DNA of 64,000 nucleotides from Klebsormidium nitens (taxonomy: Eukaryota > Plantae > Klebsormidiophyceae), in the NCBI GenBank assembly GCA_000708835.1, contig DF237407.1, positions 7,077 to 71,076 on the forward strand. Direction: 5' to 3'. A program made the translations under genes and the position numbers. The notes below the pieces were generated by a model that was not told the DNA's origin, did not search any database, and was given only the letters and a program-made list of their open reading frames with translations. Shown here in pieces: positions 31,680 to 45,072 of the stretch (its first letter is position 1; each line of letters begins with the position of its first letter).

Positions 31680-34600
31680 CCCCACTCTAGGAATCTACTA
31701 CTACGAGCCACAGTAGACCTTGTTCGCCCTCCACTGTAACACGACCCACAATTACAAGATCACGAACCATTCGGCGAGCGGAATGACTTCCAACAGAAAG
31801 TACACTGGGGCGACGGGCCATTCCCAGTTCACGCGTGATATTATGCGGACTCGGACGGCGGGGTCTTCAAGTTGTACATGGCGTGGCAGAGTTTTCCGCA
31901 AACCACGGGGTCTCTCAAGGTCAAAGAACCGAACGCTTTGGCCCTTATCTCGCGATGCTTATGGCTGGTTATGGGATCGGATGGTGTCGAAAGTGGTTAT
32001 ATATCCAGTGTGACAGATTTTGGCGGTAACCAAGACGAAAGCCCGGTTAATTGTCAAACAACCGAAGGCCCGAAGCAAATAATCAGCGTGGTTAGCAACC
32101 CCAACTTCCTGTGGAACTCTGCCCTAGTTCTGCGTCTGCTGTGGACAGGTGTCACAAATGCACCTTTTTTCTAGGCCTTCGTCTTGGTTCTTGAGAAGGT
32201 ATCTAGATGGATAACTGCTGTGCGACGTCTACGTTCGATTGCAGCCGATAAGAGACTCGCGAACGCGCACGGAACCCAAAAGGTCTCAGCTTTCAAAGTC
32301 AATCCCACCTTGTTCCTACCAAGTCTCACTCCGGCGTTGCAGATCGTCATCTACAGTCTTGACAACAACACCTTCCTCGAATACATCCCCTTGGGCATAG
32401 CTCGGGACACGTCCAAGTTTCAGTATCTGGATCCCATCTGGATGTGGCGGCAGATCTGAATCTGGGGGTGATTTCCGTAGCGGCCGGCACTGCGGTCGCT
32501 ACTTACACTGGGTTGGGCGGCTTTTTAAGTCGCTGAGCGACTCCAAATACATCATATGTAACTTTCTGTTTTTTTTGGTTCACTGCTCGGATCAATGTTC
32601 GATCCGCAGAGAGCAGTTTGGTTCGTGATGCCCCAGTGGGCTTTTCGGTATACGTAAGCCATTTAACTTCGTGCGTCATCTGTCGGCTACAATCGCGTTC
32701 TCTCCTCAAGTTTCTACTCAAAGTACTGCGTTCTTATCCAAAACCAGCTCCGTTATGATGCCCATTGGGCTCTACTATTCGCTAAGCAACTTCCAAGCAT
32801 CAACTGTCAACCGAACTTATTCTCTCTTCCTTACTGCTCGAACTTCTGCTCATTCTACTTCTGCTCAGTCTGCTTCATGATTACAAGCGCTCCGATTGCG
32901 AAGTTTTACCGGATCTATTTCCCCTGCATTCGGAATATCTTTTCCCCATCGCCAGCTGGTTTGATGATTCATCTGCCACAATAAAACCGTTCCGTAGCGT
33001 CGTGCTCTGCACGTATAAGGACGTTCAGACTTTTCTTCGCAGCTATAACATCACTCATCGGACGGCCAGCTGGTTCGATCTGCCGGCAGACAAAACATAC
33101 CGATGCGTCGTCCTCTGAGTCACGTTTCTAATCGGACGGCCAGATTTATCTTTGCAGCTATAACATTTGTGATCGGACGGCCAGCTGGTTCGTCCTGCCG
33201 GCAGACAAGACGTTCCGGAGCGTCGTCCTCAATACCGTCCAGGGGAAAGTGTACTTCTTCACGAGTGACAAGGCGAACCCCGTCTACACGAGCTCCACGT
33301 GGCTGAGGCAAGCCAAAACCACTGTAACTTTACGGAACTGGACCAAAGCGGGTCTCGAAATGACTTCAGGACTGCACTGGCAGGTTCCACTGGAACTTCC
33401 CTGTTCTCAAACCGTCTTCGTTGGAAAGCCACGTTTATTTTTGAGATCGCCTCGCAGCGGACTTTATGCTCCACCCTGCGCGGTCTGAATACTGGGTCGG
33501 AAATGATTACGACGAGCTTCTTCAAGACTGGATGCGACATTTCGGCATTGTTCGTTTCACGTATTCGGCTTACTTTGTTAGGGCTAGGCCAAAAGCGCTC
33601 AAAAGCAGCTGCGCCAGCACTATCAAGGTTTTCCAAGTAAAGTCCTGAAACGCACCCTTATTTTAACGTACGTTTTTAAGTGTTCTTTCTAATATTTTGC
33701 CCATCACTAGTTCTCTGTGCTTGCGTTGGCCTTTCTTCTGTTTTGACCGCAGTCAGAAGGATTCTAAGGACCACCCTTGATGACCAGAAATGTTTCTCTA
33801 ATGCAGCTACTCAGTAGTTCTACAGTCACGTCAAGTGTGCTGGCTCGTAGAACCTCGGCGGGGACTAACTTGACGTGTTACACCGGCGCCTTCTCGACAA
33901 CAACGGACCTCGGATTGCTTGTCCACGACTCGACGGCCAATGGCGTTGGGCTCATGTCGGTTTCGGGAAGTGAGCTTGCTTCCGTATGCGCATTTGATCC
34001 CACTAGAATAGGGTACGTGCGTTGCTCAGAGGTTGAACGTAGAAGTCTCGCAGGTCATACTTCCCGTGCAAAAGGTTTTTCAAGACCCTGTGAACGGGTC
34101 GAATTTAATCGCGGCAGAGTTTTCGAACAGCGTCACGAAATTCTTTGCCTCATCTTCAATCGTTGGAGACTGAGTCCAAGGATTGCAAAAAAACTTTGTC
34201 GGAAGTCCACAAAGCGCTCTCGGCGTCTTTCACAAGGAGATTGGTACTTCGTCTGATCTGATTGAAACTTTTCTTTTTCCAAACGGGCTACGGATTCGTC
34301 TGGTGCAAAGCATGTAACTAAGTTTGAAGCAGGGTTGGGTAAATGAAAGCACTAATGATCTGACCAAACACGGTTTTTGCTACCCAAGCCTTTTCAGGGT
34401 TTGACGTGCTCTCGACAGAAGAATGGGCCCCGATACCTGCTTAACTCTGTCTCTAACGTGTTGAGGTAATCTTGACAGGAATTGGCTCATTCGGTGCTTA
34501 ACCCAAGGATTGCTTTTCTAAGTAACCGCTCTGTGTGAACAGCGGCGTGCGGAAGCCGCACCAGTCCTTGCGGGATGCAAATGACCGTCTGTTCCTCCTA

Positions 34601-36745
34601 CTGCGTCTGCTTCCCGCTGGGTGCGACACCTGTCAACCAGCTGTCAAGATCGTGTGTCAACTACGCTCTTCTTCCCTACGCAACGTTCACTGCCGATCAG
34701 TGTCCGCTGCCACCCCCACCCCCCTTTGTCCCCAGACCCCCGCCCCACGGCTCTTTCCCCCCCGGTCCAAGCTCCGCCAAATCTCCCCCCCCGGCGGAAA
34801 AACCGCCGCCTCTGACAAACCCGCCCCCGGAGCAACCCCTTCTGATAAACCCACCTCCTCTGAACCATCCGCCGCCAACATAACCTCCTCCCGATCTGCC
34901 CCCCCCAATCAGCTGGCCGCCTCCCCACCAGCCCCCTTCAGTCAATCAGCCCCCACCCGAACAACCCGCTCCAGTCGGTTTGCCCTCCCCCGACCACCCC
35001 CTCCTACAACTCAATCCCCCCCGACCAGGCCCCTCCATTTCAGCCCCCAACCGAATTATCTCCCCCAATTCTCCGTCCCCCCCCGACCCGGCTCCTCCTG
35101 TTCAGCCCCCTCCGGACCAGGGCCCCCCAGGGGAACAGCCATTGCCGAAGCAACCGCCGCCAGGGGCGCTACCTGCCGACCAGCCTCCCCCGGTCTCTTT
35201 TCCACCACCCGAGCAACCTCCTCCAAACGAACCCCCTCCAGTTGACCCGAACCCCCCTTCCCCGGTTACCAGCCCTCCTTTTTATCAACCACCGCCTCCC
35301 GCTTTCCCGCCTGCTCTAGATCCCCCCTCGAGGGAGTCTCCAATGAACCAGCCGCCTCCCGATTCAGCACCTCCCCCACAAGTTCCCCAGTCCCCCTCCT
35401 CACAGCCGCCGCCGAACCTGCCCCCTCCTGCGAGTCCTCCGCCAAGTTCCCCCCCTTTGTTGAGAGCCACCCCGCACCCCCCCCACGCGCCTTGCGACCC
35501 GAACTTCGTCGACTCGTGCAGCGGCAGCGGCAACGGCACCGCCATCGCGATTACAATCTCGACGCGCGGGCGAAACGTGGATCTCCTGGAGGGGGGGTCC
35601 ATCACGCCCGCATTCAAGACCCCCGTTGCGGTCACGACGCTCGACTACGGAAGCACCCTCCCGGCAGTTTTTGCGGACGTCGTATCGGCGCTTTTTCTAA
35701 CGCAAACCCCAGCACACGGTTCCGGTTCCGCCCTGTTTTTCGCGCCGGACTCCGGCACGCTGGCGTTTCCGGTGTCCGGCCCGGCGCCCAGCGGATCGGT
35801 TTACATAAACGCGGGAGCGCAGCCGATGGGCTGCTCCGCGAGCGACGCGTGGCAAGCGGCAACTGGCGCGGCCCCGCGCGCGTGCGCATGGCGCGCGACT
35901 CTAGCGGGCCTCTACGCGCGGACCTATGATGCAATCGCCAACACGGCTGCCACGTCAGCTTTGCACCCGGAGAACGGGGGGGGGATCTACGGCTTGTACC
36001 TCTATAAGAAAGCGGAAATCGTGGTACCGAGCAGTACCGTAACGGTGGATCCCCCCAACGCGCCAGCATTCAGGGGGTAGCTGGGAGCATGGGATTGGGG
36101 GGGGTGTTTGGATACTCGGCGTCCGTCTCAGGAACCGAGGGCGTCACCGTGTTTGCTGCGTATTTCCCTAGCGAGATACAGCCCGTCTACACGACAAGTT
36201 CCGTTTCCGGTGGCACCGGTTCTCACCGGAAGCTGCTGTCAACGGCAGAAACGGTGACCGCGCCAGTTGCGTCCGGCCTCTTGTATCTGAAGCAAGGAAA
36301 CCGGACGTATGCAACCGACAGCGGATCGCTTATGTTCGGGGGCGTAAGCGATGCGGGCGTGGACTACTTCTTCCTGTCCGCTTTCCAATACAACGACTGC
36401 ACGCCGCAACAGCTGGACAAAGTCGCGGCCTTCGACGGATGCCTTTGGACGGAAGTTCCGCACAGTATCACGCTCGCTTATAACGTCACGGCGCAGACTA
36501 TGGTGCTGGGGAACCTAGGAAACGGCACGTGGAACAGCGTCTACATGCTCTTGAGCGTTTCCTCCCTTCCCTTGCCGCCTCCGCCCCCACCTCTAGTTGT
36601 TACGTCGTCCCCCCCAGCGGTGAAAACGTCTGGAAGCGGCGACGGATTCTTAGTGCCGTTGTTAGGAGCTCTTGCGGGCGCATCGATAGTGAGTAGGTTA
36701 GTGTTTCTGGTAGCTAGCGGGAAGTGTAAATCACAAAGGGACTGA
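31680..36745 (+). pseudogene. Disabled multi-exon gene for a large Cys/beta-rich, proline-rich, C-terminally anchored cell-surface protein
   Basis: Coding-like, acceptor-bounded segments at ~31840-31990, ~32341-32510, ~33157-33307 and ~33870-33969. The last splices in phase to 34543. The final exon (34543-36745) reads Cys-rich - long PPP(Q/E/D) tract - globular - HRKLL - hydrophobic FLVPLLGALAGASIVSRLVFLVA. It has an in-frame TAA at 34881-34883 and a one-base frameshift in the G5 run at 36073-36077. A further in-frame TGA lies at 31836-31838. The 5' limit is uncertain. Confidence 0.72.
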
Positions 36746-38709
36746 CTAGAGTTCTTAGTAGCTTTCCTGATTTCTTGATAGAGATCGAGACCAGCTTGCA
36801 GAGCGACCAGTTGTTGTAAACGTGCGTTCAAATTCAGCCTAGCTTCAGCGGAGTGGCTGAATCTGCGGCACGCTACGGAGTTCCTCTCACCCCTCTCAAG
36901 CCTGAGCATATGTGGTGATAGACGACCAAGCGGATTATGAAACTAGGGTGCGTCGATAACGAGGCCTTTAAGGAGCACTCAAAAAGCTGAGCGGACAGCA
37001 TATGTTCCACTTAGATGCTCCAGATAAGATTAGTAGTAGTAGTACAGATGGTGAAGAGGTATGATACTCTTAGCTCAAAGACATCGTGATGGTCCGGGGG
37101 TTAGTCTGCAGGCGCTGCGCACGAGTTGGCCGGCCAGGTTAGATATTGCTCGCGACTTAATTATGTTGTTAACTCGACAGATGACAGGTAGCAATCGTGT
37201 AAAGTACAATCATAGACCTTTCTCTAATAAAGTTTGAGAGTACGGTAGCTAGAACGCGGCGAAAGAAATCAGGTTCGACCGGGCGATGCAAATCCATAAA
37301 CTACTGCATCCATATTTCTGATTGTTCTACTTCAAGCTGCAAACGGATTTCCGTACGTCACCCTTTCGCTCGTTTCCCCACCGCCCCTCAAGCCTGAAGA
37401 AGCTAAATCTATTATATTGAAAGCGCGAGCCGGGCACAGAAGGCTCGCGCTCCTATGAGTACGTGACTATAGAAAACTAGCTGTTCACCTAATGACGGTT
37501 CGATGTATCCCACGATGACCAGATTAATTTGCAAAGATGGCCGGTCCGACACCTGCCATGGCCCGGGAACGAATTAGCTAGAACGACATTGGTGTATGAC
37601 ATCTTAAGCGCGGACGCCGTGCTGAGGCTGAGTGACGAGTTGCCTCCGAATTGCATGAAGGCATGTACTAGCTTAGCTTACCTCACGCAATCAAGCTCAA
37701 GAGTGGGCGGCTGGGAGTTTCATGCATGTACAACTAATTCATTCTTGCACGGTAGTCTTTTGTAACTCGTAGCGTGACGGTTCCGGTCACATGCATTGAT
37801 TGCATATAACGGCATTACGGGTGTATGATACTACGGCTCTTGCACAAATCATAAACACCTGTTCAATTCGTTAACCGTAAACATGTGATGATGACACTGA
37901 CATCAAAGATACTACTGCTCTTATCTTGGGCGCGTGGATCTAGTATCATATATTATAGTGTGTACTTCGCCGTCTCTGCAATATCATCGAGTTGTCCACA
38001 TCATGCATTAGTGCAACTTCATGGCGTGATGGCGTTGTTGAGGGCGGCACTCAGTGGCCGGGCGGCATACTACATAAAAGAATCGATTGAATATTGCTTA
38101 CCATCATTCCTTTGTACGGCAAGTATTCAGTATGCATGTTGCTGTGTGTAACCAGGCTTGCGTTTGAACCAGGCTTACAAGACGCTTGTTCGAAATCAAT
38201 CATGGACAGGCAGTTCATGCTGGCGCGCATGACCGGGCCGTAATTCTCAGTACTGAAATCTGCAATACTGAGCAAACTTGATGATCAACCCACTGAATCA
38301 GACTCAGAAGAACGAATGATGTAACATTCAAGCTAACAATCATTGCAATCAAAAAAGCAAGCGCCAAAAATATCCGGTGAGCATGCCAGAGTCACAATTG
38401 CTCAACTCTCAACAAAGCGCTGCCACTTCTTATTTATAGTATGTATTGCAGCGCGGCGGTCAAAATAAATATGTTCAGATGTCGGACTCGATCACAGGAA
38501 AGCTCTCTAGAGAAACCGACACACAACTCAATCTACCTCGCAACCACGCAGTGTGCGTCCTGAAGCTAAGTCGATTCTTCTGGCCCATTGTTCAAAAGCG
38601 TTGAATTGCTTGGTTCCTGGACTACGTCAATCCTACTGTCTCGTGTCCTGACACACAAACTCTGAATGAAGCCGAGCCTATCAAATCTGGGAATCTAAAG
38701 TGGGTGCTA

Positions 38710-41700
38710 CTACGGGTTGTTCCGAGGTTGCAAAACATCGATCTCGTGTGCCCCCTGCACGTTGAGTAGCTCTGACCGAAAGCTTGGCGGGATCGTGACA
38801 AGCGCCTGGATGCGCTTGGGGATCTTGAACTTCATTGTCGCGCTGTTGACCACCGGCTTCGGGAACGACTTCGACCAGTTGTGCGGGGCGCACGGGTAGT
38901 CGGCAAAACAGGTGGCGCGCACGGCCTCCCGGACGAGGCGCTGCGTCACAACGATCGAGAAGCTTTGGAACGGGGTGGGGAGCGTTTGGGCCTGCGTTGG
39001 GGACGGGGGTGATGGGTTTGCCGGGGTCGGCGCGGGCGACGTGGGGGGGGGGTGGGGCGAGCCGCTCGCAGAGGGGGGAGTCGCCGGGCTCTGGGGAGAT
39101 GGGGGCGCGGCCGATTGGAGGGCGGGAGCGGGCGGCGGGGCCTCTCTGACGCACTTCCACGACCCCCGCATCTGGGTTTGGTAGGTGCGCCCCGCCCCGG
39201 CTAGGTCGCGGTCCTCCGCAACCCGGCCGCGGCTGATAAGGGCTCCCCTCGTATACGGTTCGTTGCCATTCACGACGAGGAGTCGGCTCTCCGACCCGAC
39301 GCGGGGCCGCCGGCTCTGGTCGCTTATCTTGAAGCCCGCGACGACTTCTTGATCCCGCTTGACTTCCCGCCCTCGACCAAGCTTGCCCCCGCACGTGCCC
39401 AGAAGGGAGACGTATTTTATGAAGCCGAAAGTGCCGCCGGCAGTGGTCTCTGACGTGGCAGTCGCCCCAAAGGTGACCTTCTCCATCTCCGTGATCAGGT
39501 TGAAGTCGTAGTTTCGCCGCCGGGCAGTCGTGGACGTGTCGTCAGCCGGGCCAAACGTGACGTCGACTTTCGTCTGCACAAACCCGCACTCCCTTTCCTC
39601 GTTGACGAACTCGCCAGGGTCGGTTTCGGCGACCAGCGTCGCCTCCACAACGGCAGCCCCCGTGTCTACGTCCCGGCCAATTTCCAATTCCACCTCGCAG
39701 AATATGCTGGCCTCCTGCTGACTCGAGCCCTGCCCCGATCCAACGGGGTTTCCGACCGAGTTAATCACCTTCTGAAACTCAACCTTGACTTTCAGCTTGT
39801 CGGCCGCTCCTTGGGCCCCGCTTCCGGGCACTCCCCCCGGGCTGCCTCCCCCGGTTCCTCCCCCGCTCCCCACCCCGACACCCTGGCTCGAGCCCGATTG
39901 ACTGTTGGGGGAACTAGCCAGTACAGACCGCTGAACCGAGCTCACTTGGTTTCCGCCCGCAAAAAAGAAGCGCAAGACGCCCCCCCACGAGAGATCGAGC
40001 ACCTGCAGAGGAACCACCCCTGGACCCACTTCACCCGTGGCCCCCCCGCCTATTCCGTCCCCTCTCGGAACCCCCCGTTCCGATTCCGCCCCATCTCCCC
40101 GTGCGGCGCGGTTGTCCCTGGGCCTGCCTGTGCCGCTGCGGAGCAACGCAATCAGCTGAAATCCGGCCTCCTTCCACCCCGCCGCAGATGCTCGGTACGC
40201 GTCTGGGGTGACACGTGGCAGCTCGCGGATGCGCACGTCGCCGTGGCTGTCGGCCAAGTCGACCTCCGCCGCTTCCACGCCGACTCCGATCGCCTGCGCC
40301 ATATGGTCGGCCGACAGGAAGCGCGCAGTGTAAGGGTAGCGCTCGTCGGAGGACGCCTGCGGATTCATCGGGATTTTGAGGTCGGGCTGCTCTTTTGTGC
40401 CAATCGTGCGCAAGTTCGCAAAAGAAGGATCATTCCGAAAGCGGTTTAGTGTACATTCAAATTCCTAGAATTCAAGACTTCAAAAGAGCATGTCGGTGCG
40501 TTTTCGGGATGATATACAAACTCCCTGCCTTAGAAGTACGGAAAGCCAGCAGCAACAACAGTACAAGGCGGGGGGATCCCAAGAACTTCGACGCAAATAT
40601 TGCACACCAGGTTTTTTGTGACGTCTGTACGAAAATATCAAGGGAAAGGGTTCAAAAATACAGAATCCCTGCAGTTTTTCAAGACCGGAGAGTAGGAGGA
40701 ACTACAGTGCGTCGATGTGCATGAATCAGGGTTCTCGCGAAAATGAATAAGCATGTTTTTTTCCAACCTTTACGGGCAGTACTATGCTCTACTGGTGCTA
40801 TAATAGAAAGAGAACGAGAGACGACTGAGCTGCTGTCCGGGAAAACTCTCTTTGATTTTCTCTGCACGCGCTAATCAAATGCCTCGATTGACACTTCTCT
40901 CCTCTCGCTTAAACCGACGGAGGTCAGCCCTGACCTCAGGATATGGATGGTTAAACGCAAGTACTGACCCTAAAGTAGCTTGTTTTACTGGAAATCCGCT
41001 TTGAGAGTAAGATGAAAGACCGTCTACGGTGAAGTGGCGACACATCAAGGACCAGAAAGGAAGAGCCACCTTACCTTTCCCCAGGCCAGCACCAGCCTGT
41101 CGACGTTCGACAGCGACTCCACCAGGCCGTACTTGAGGGCGACCTGAACGAGGGCCGCAGCAACAGGGATGCCCGCAGAGTCCACCCGATCGACATGGTC
41201 CGCTGCCAGCATGTCGCTCAGCTTTCGGACTACGTGCTGGGCCGTTTCCTGCAAGCATAAGATGTGATTGAGTTCGAATGACGGACTGGCGAGCGAGAAG
41301 AGAAAGGCTGCCTAAGTTCGTGTCGCCGGGTTCGACTAGCATCTCCCTTTCCCCTAAAACCCTAAAACCCTAAACTTAGGGGGCTAAGTTTGGATCCATT
41401 AAGTACTCAGTACCTTTACGAGAGGAGGATTATTTGAAGCCACAAAGGATGCAGGCCTTGCTCTGAACTGCAAACCTTGAGAACCGAAATTTGTCAAGCC
41501 CAATCCTAAAGCGGGCAAGAGGTTTGGAGCTGAAAAGCGCCGGTCAGAAGATAAGGGCAAACCTTTAGCAGAGTTTCGGGCTGGAACACATGAAGTAGAT
41601 GAAAGACAAGATGATGCAGCTATAATTAAAATACTTGTACTCAGTGACGTGTAGAAAAATGCTACACTAGGATCTTACAAATGCGGAAAAGCAAAGGACT

Positions 41701-44700
41701 GTCCGCGAAGCGTACCTGTTCGAGGGCCTGACTATGAAGAGCAACCGCGGCCCTCATGCGGTCGTCAAAATCAACTTTCTTCGAGGCCAGGACTGTCAGT
41801 AAGTCCTCGGTCGCCCTCGTCTGGTGAGACAATATCTCCTCTGCGGGATAGAGAGGACCGCTTTAGTGCACAGTGTATTATCTGGACCTTATTGACAAGA
41901 GAACGCGAAAAACAAAAGTTGATAAAATAACAAAACATATATTGACGAAAGTTGATCGGAGGCGACAGATTTGTCCCAAAGCTAAGGTATCACAGTGTCC
42001 GGAAGCTGCTCCAGATGCCAATGGAAGTGCAGCTTCGCGTAGCAAACAAGAGACGACATATTCAAAAGGTCAACGGACTGTTTAGATTTCAGCATCAAGG
42101 CTTCAAGCAGTGGTTCGAATTTCTGGGCTTGAAAAGATGCATTTTCGACGTTCCTGTGTGTACAACAAACAGCCTCGTGTTAACAGAGCTGCCGCCTGAC
42201 TTTCGTTTCGTATCTCGAAGCCTTTGGACAAGAGAAACGCCACACGAAGAGCTTGAGAGAAATACTAGCACGTAAACTCACCGTATACGTACGGTTCGCA
42301 CACAGCCGCCACCGGAAACACCAACCAACGAGCCGAGTCGTCGGAGCCTTCAGGGAGCGCTTGAATACGGCTGTGGCGAGCAACTGCCTCTGCAGGCGAT
42401 ACGGTCGCCCCTTCTGCCTGCTCAAAACTTGGCGGCTGATTCCGATGCATCGATTGGAGCTGCTCTGCAAAGCCCCCGTTGGTTTTCCTCGCGCCTCCTT
42501 TCCTGACCCCGCCCGCCTGCCCAGTCGGGCCCCCCGCACCTTTCGGCTTGCCCCTTTCCGCGACCGCCCCCTCCTGCCCGGTTGAAAACACGGAGAGTCC
42601 ATGTTCGCTCCCGCTCCCAAGCGCGTCCCCTGCCCCAGATAGAGTTCCAGTCACTGCTCCTTCGCCCCTTTCGCCAATTCCGTCCCCCTGCCCGTTTGAA
42701 ACCTCGGCAATGTCTTCCTTTTCCTCCGCCCCAAAGGCGTTCCCTAAGGCCCCCGCCCCTTCCTGCTCGCCCATCTCGCCGACCGCCCCCCCCTGCCCAA
42801 GAACAGTTGCGGCAGTTGCTTGCCCGCTTGTTCTCCAAGGCGCATGCCTTCCGGCCGGCGAGCTCCTGGCAGACTCTCGCTCGCCATTCTTCTCCACCCC
42901 GCGCCCCTGCCTTGGTGAGATGTCGATGGCCCTTCGCTCGCCCCTCTCCCCTACTGGCACGTTCAATTGCCCGGTTGACACCTTAGCGGCCTGCTCGCTT
43001 TCTTCAAAGACCGCTCCCCCGACTTTGTGTGCAGCCCACCCCCTGATGACCTTTTCTAGCAGTTTCCCGCCAACTGGCATGTACATCCAACTCTGCTCTT
43101 CAAAGCAGCTGCTAACTCGTTGTTGTATAAGCGGGTCGAGGGGGCCTGCCAATGTTAACATGTTCTCTGCTAGGTCCTCAAGAACAACCCCAAACGACAG
43201 CCTATTCAAGGCCTCGCACGCTTCGGTCCGCACGTTTATAAACGAGGAGGCCATCTGCTTCAAAATAACCACGAGCAGCGACGGGGTCGTCTTCCTTGAG
43301 CGTCCCAACATACCTAGAAAGGAGCAAAGCCTTTCTGATTCACCTTGATCATTCAGGTAATCCAAAATTCCTCCCACGAACTCCGGTGGCACACCACCGG
43401 CTTGCCAAAGTGTACAAATAAAGGCCAAAACAGCCCGGTTTCGTGTAGTTGTCGCCGCCTCTTTCAATGCCTCCAAGGCTTCTGGCGAAAGCGCACGTGT
43501 GAAGGGGATGTTCTTGACAGCTGATGTGATTTCATCTCCCAGTTGTCGCACCAGGGCCTTCAAAACGTCGCCAGTCAGAGCTTCTTCCCCAACCATCACG
43601 AGGGCTTCTAGCACTTTCGAGAGCACGCTCGGATACGCATCCAGTCCCCAATCCAGTGAAGCCAATACCTCGGCAAGCCAGTTTACCCTCTGAAGAACAC
43701 TTTCCCGTCCTCCGTTCAAAACATATTCAATGGCTGCCCCTTGCGCTTGCATGGCTACCTCCTGCGCTTGCTTGGCAGCTTCCTTTCGGTCCGCTTCAAT
43801 GCGCCGAAGAGCAGCTGTATGCCTTTCCACTATTTCCTTGGCGCTTGCTTGGATAGCGTAATCTGATGACTTTCGCAAGGATGCCACAGCTTCCATCATT
43901 TCAGGCACAGCCGCCTTCTCCTCCAACGCCTCAAAAGAGCGCAAAGCTGCTCTTTGCACGGAAACATTGCTGGACTGCACCAACAAGCTTGCAAGCCCCT
44001 TCAGCACATTCGGTGTTGCTGCTTGCTTTCCAAGGGCAACTACGCAGTTCAAGGCAGCGCTTTGCACGTTCGGGTCGAGGGACTCGGCTAGCTGCACCTC
44101 GAGCCCTTGGACAATCAGAGGGATTGCTGCGGAACACCCAACTTCCCCGACAGCTCTCAATACTGCCAATAAAATCCGCGGCATCGGAGGAGATTCTAGC
44201 ATTGAAGCCCCAAGAACAGCCAGCGCTTTTTGGAATTGGGGCAGACCACGGTCGCCGTCAAGCATCTCACTCAACAGACTTCCAAGGGCCTTGATAGATG
44301 ACCGGCGTAGGTGCTCCTCCGGTGAGTGAGCCGTAAACTCGATAAGGGCATCTAAAATGTTGGATTCCGCGGCAGCTGGCCCCATGCACCTGACGGCTTT
44401 GACGGCTGCTACTTGCTGCTCCACTTGCGCGCCGGTGGTCATGAGCTTCAGCAACTCTTTGAGCAGTTTAGAAGATGCCGCCTCCCGTGCCAGGGGAGGG
44501 TACCGCAAAATGTCGAGTGCGGTTTGCCACTCCCAGCTCTCTGGTGATGCCACTGACGCCACGAGGGCATCCAAAAGCTCTTCAAACCCCTCAAATTCAG
44601 AGATTGGTTTTCCAGCACGAAATTGTACAATCACAATAATACCACTCTCAAGCAGCCCTTTGCTACCTTCGAAAATAATTTGAAGAGCCTCGAGTGCATT

Positions 44701-45072
44701 TCTGCGCTCTCTTTCTTGAGAACCTACCACCAGCAGCGCAAGCTCTTTTATCAGGCCTTCGACGATTGTGGTCTTTGACTTGTCTAAAGCGCCGAAAGTG
44801 AACGCTCTGACCGCCATCCTGATTTCTGCGTTTGACAAAGACGACCTTACATCCTCCACCACTTTGACCAGATCCGGATCCGCGGTAGTTGGGTTCTCTG
44901 TCACTACCACTGGCACACTCGTGGCTCCCAGCTGGGTAGCTGTTCTTGACAATAGATTTGGCTTGCTGATTGGGGAGGGCTCCCTCTCTGGCGGCTTCTT
45001 TTGCAAGTCCCCTTCCTTTACAGAAGGTGACTGATAGGTGGCGCTCTTGGGTGCGCTCTCGGTTGTGTCCAT
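38710..45072 (-). CDS. ~1560-aa uncharacterised protein: N-terminal HEAT/ARM-like repeats, Gly/Glu-rich linker, unknown helical domain, beta-rich C-terminal domain with Pro-rich insert
   Basis: The 952-aa and 567-aa ORFs are joined in frame by two small exons: 45072-42282 (TAC G|GTGAG), 41792-41716, 41248-41075 and 40356-38710, all GT-AG with matching phases. Repeats such as VQSAALNCVVALG, VQRAALRSFEALE and QVAAVKAVRCMG are HEAT-like. An acceptor at 45118-45119 allows a further upstream exon, so the start codon is provisional. Confidence 0.8.
41352..41375. repeat. Interstitial telomere-type repeat (CCCTAAAA)x~3
   Basis: CCCTAAAACCCTAAAACCCTAAAC, the complement of TTTTAGGG, inside an intron of the HEAT-like gene. 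Confidence 0.75.

Noticed and set aside
34881-36080. Programmed readthrough or frameshifting to rescue the surface protein
   Set aside because: No slippery heptamer or readthrough context is evident, and other upstream stops exist. Mutation or sequencing error is simpler.
38681-40449. Overlapping 237-aa and 212-aa ORFs
   Set aside because: Alternative-frame or antisense products of the 549-codon terminal exon.
41340-41400. Telomerase RNA template candidate
   Set aside because: About three repeats is longer than a typical ~1.5-repeat template, it is intronic, and I see no snRNA-type promoter or conserved TR elements.
42422-44683. Several plus-strand and alternative-frame ORFs (e.g. 42479-43348, 289 aa)
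   Set aside because: Shadows of the GC-rich HEAT-like exon, with low-complexity translations.
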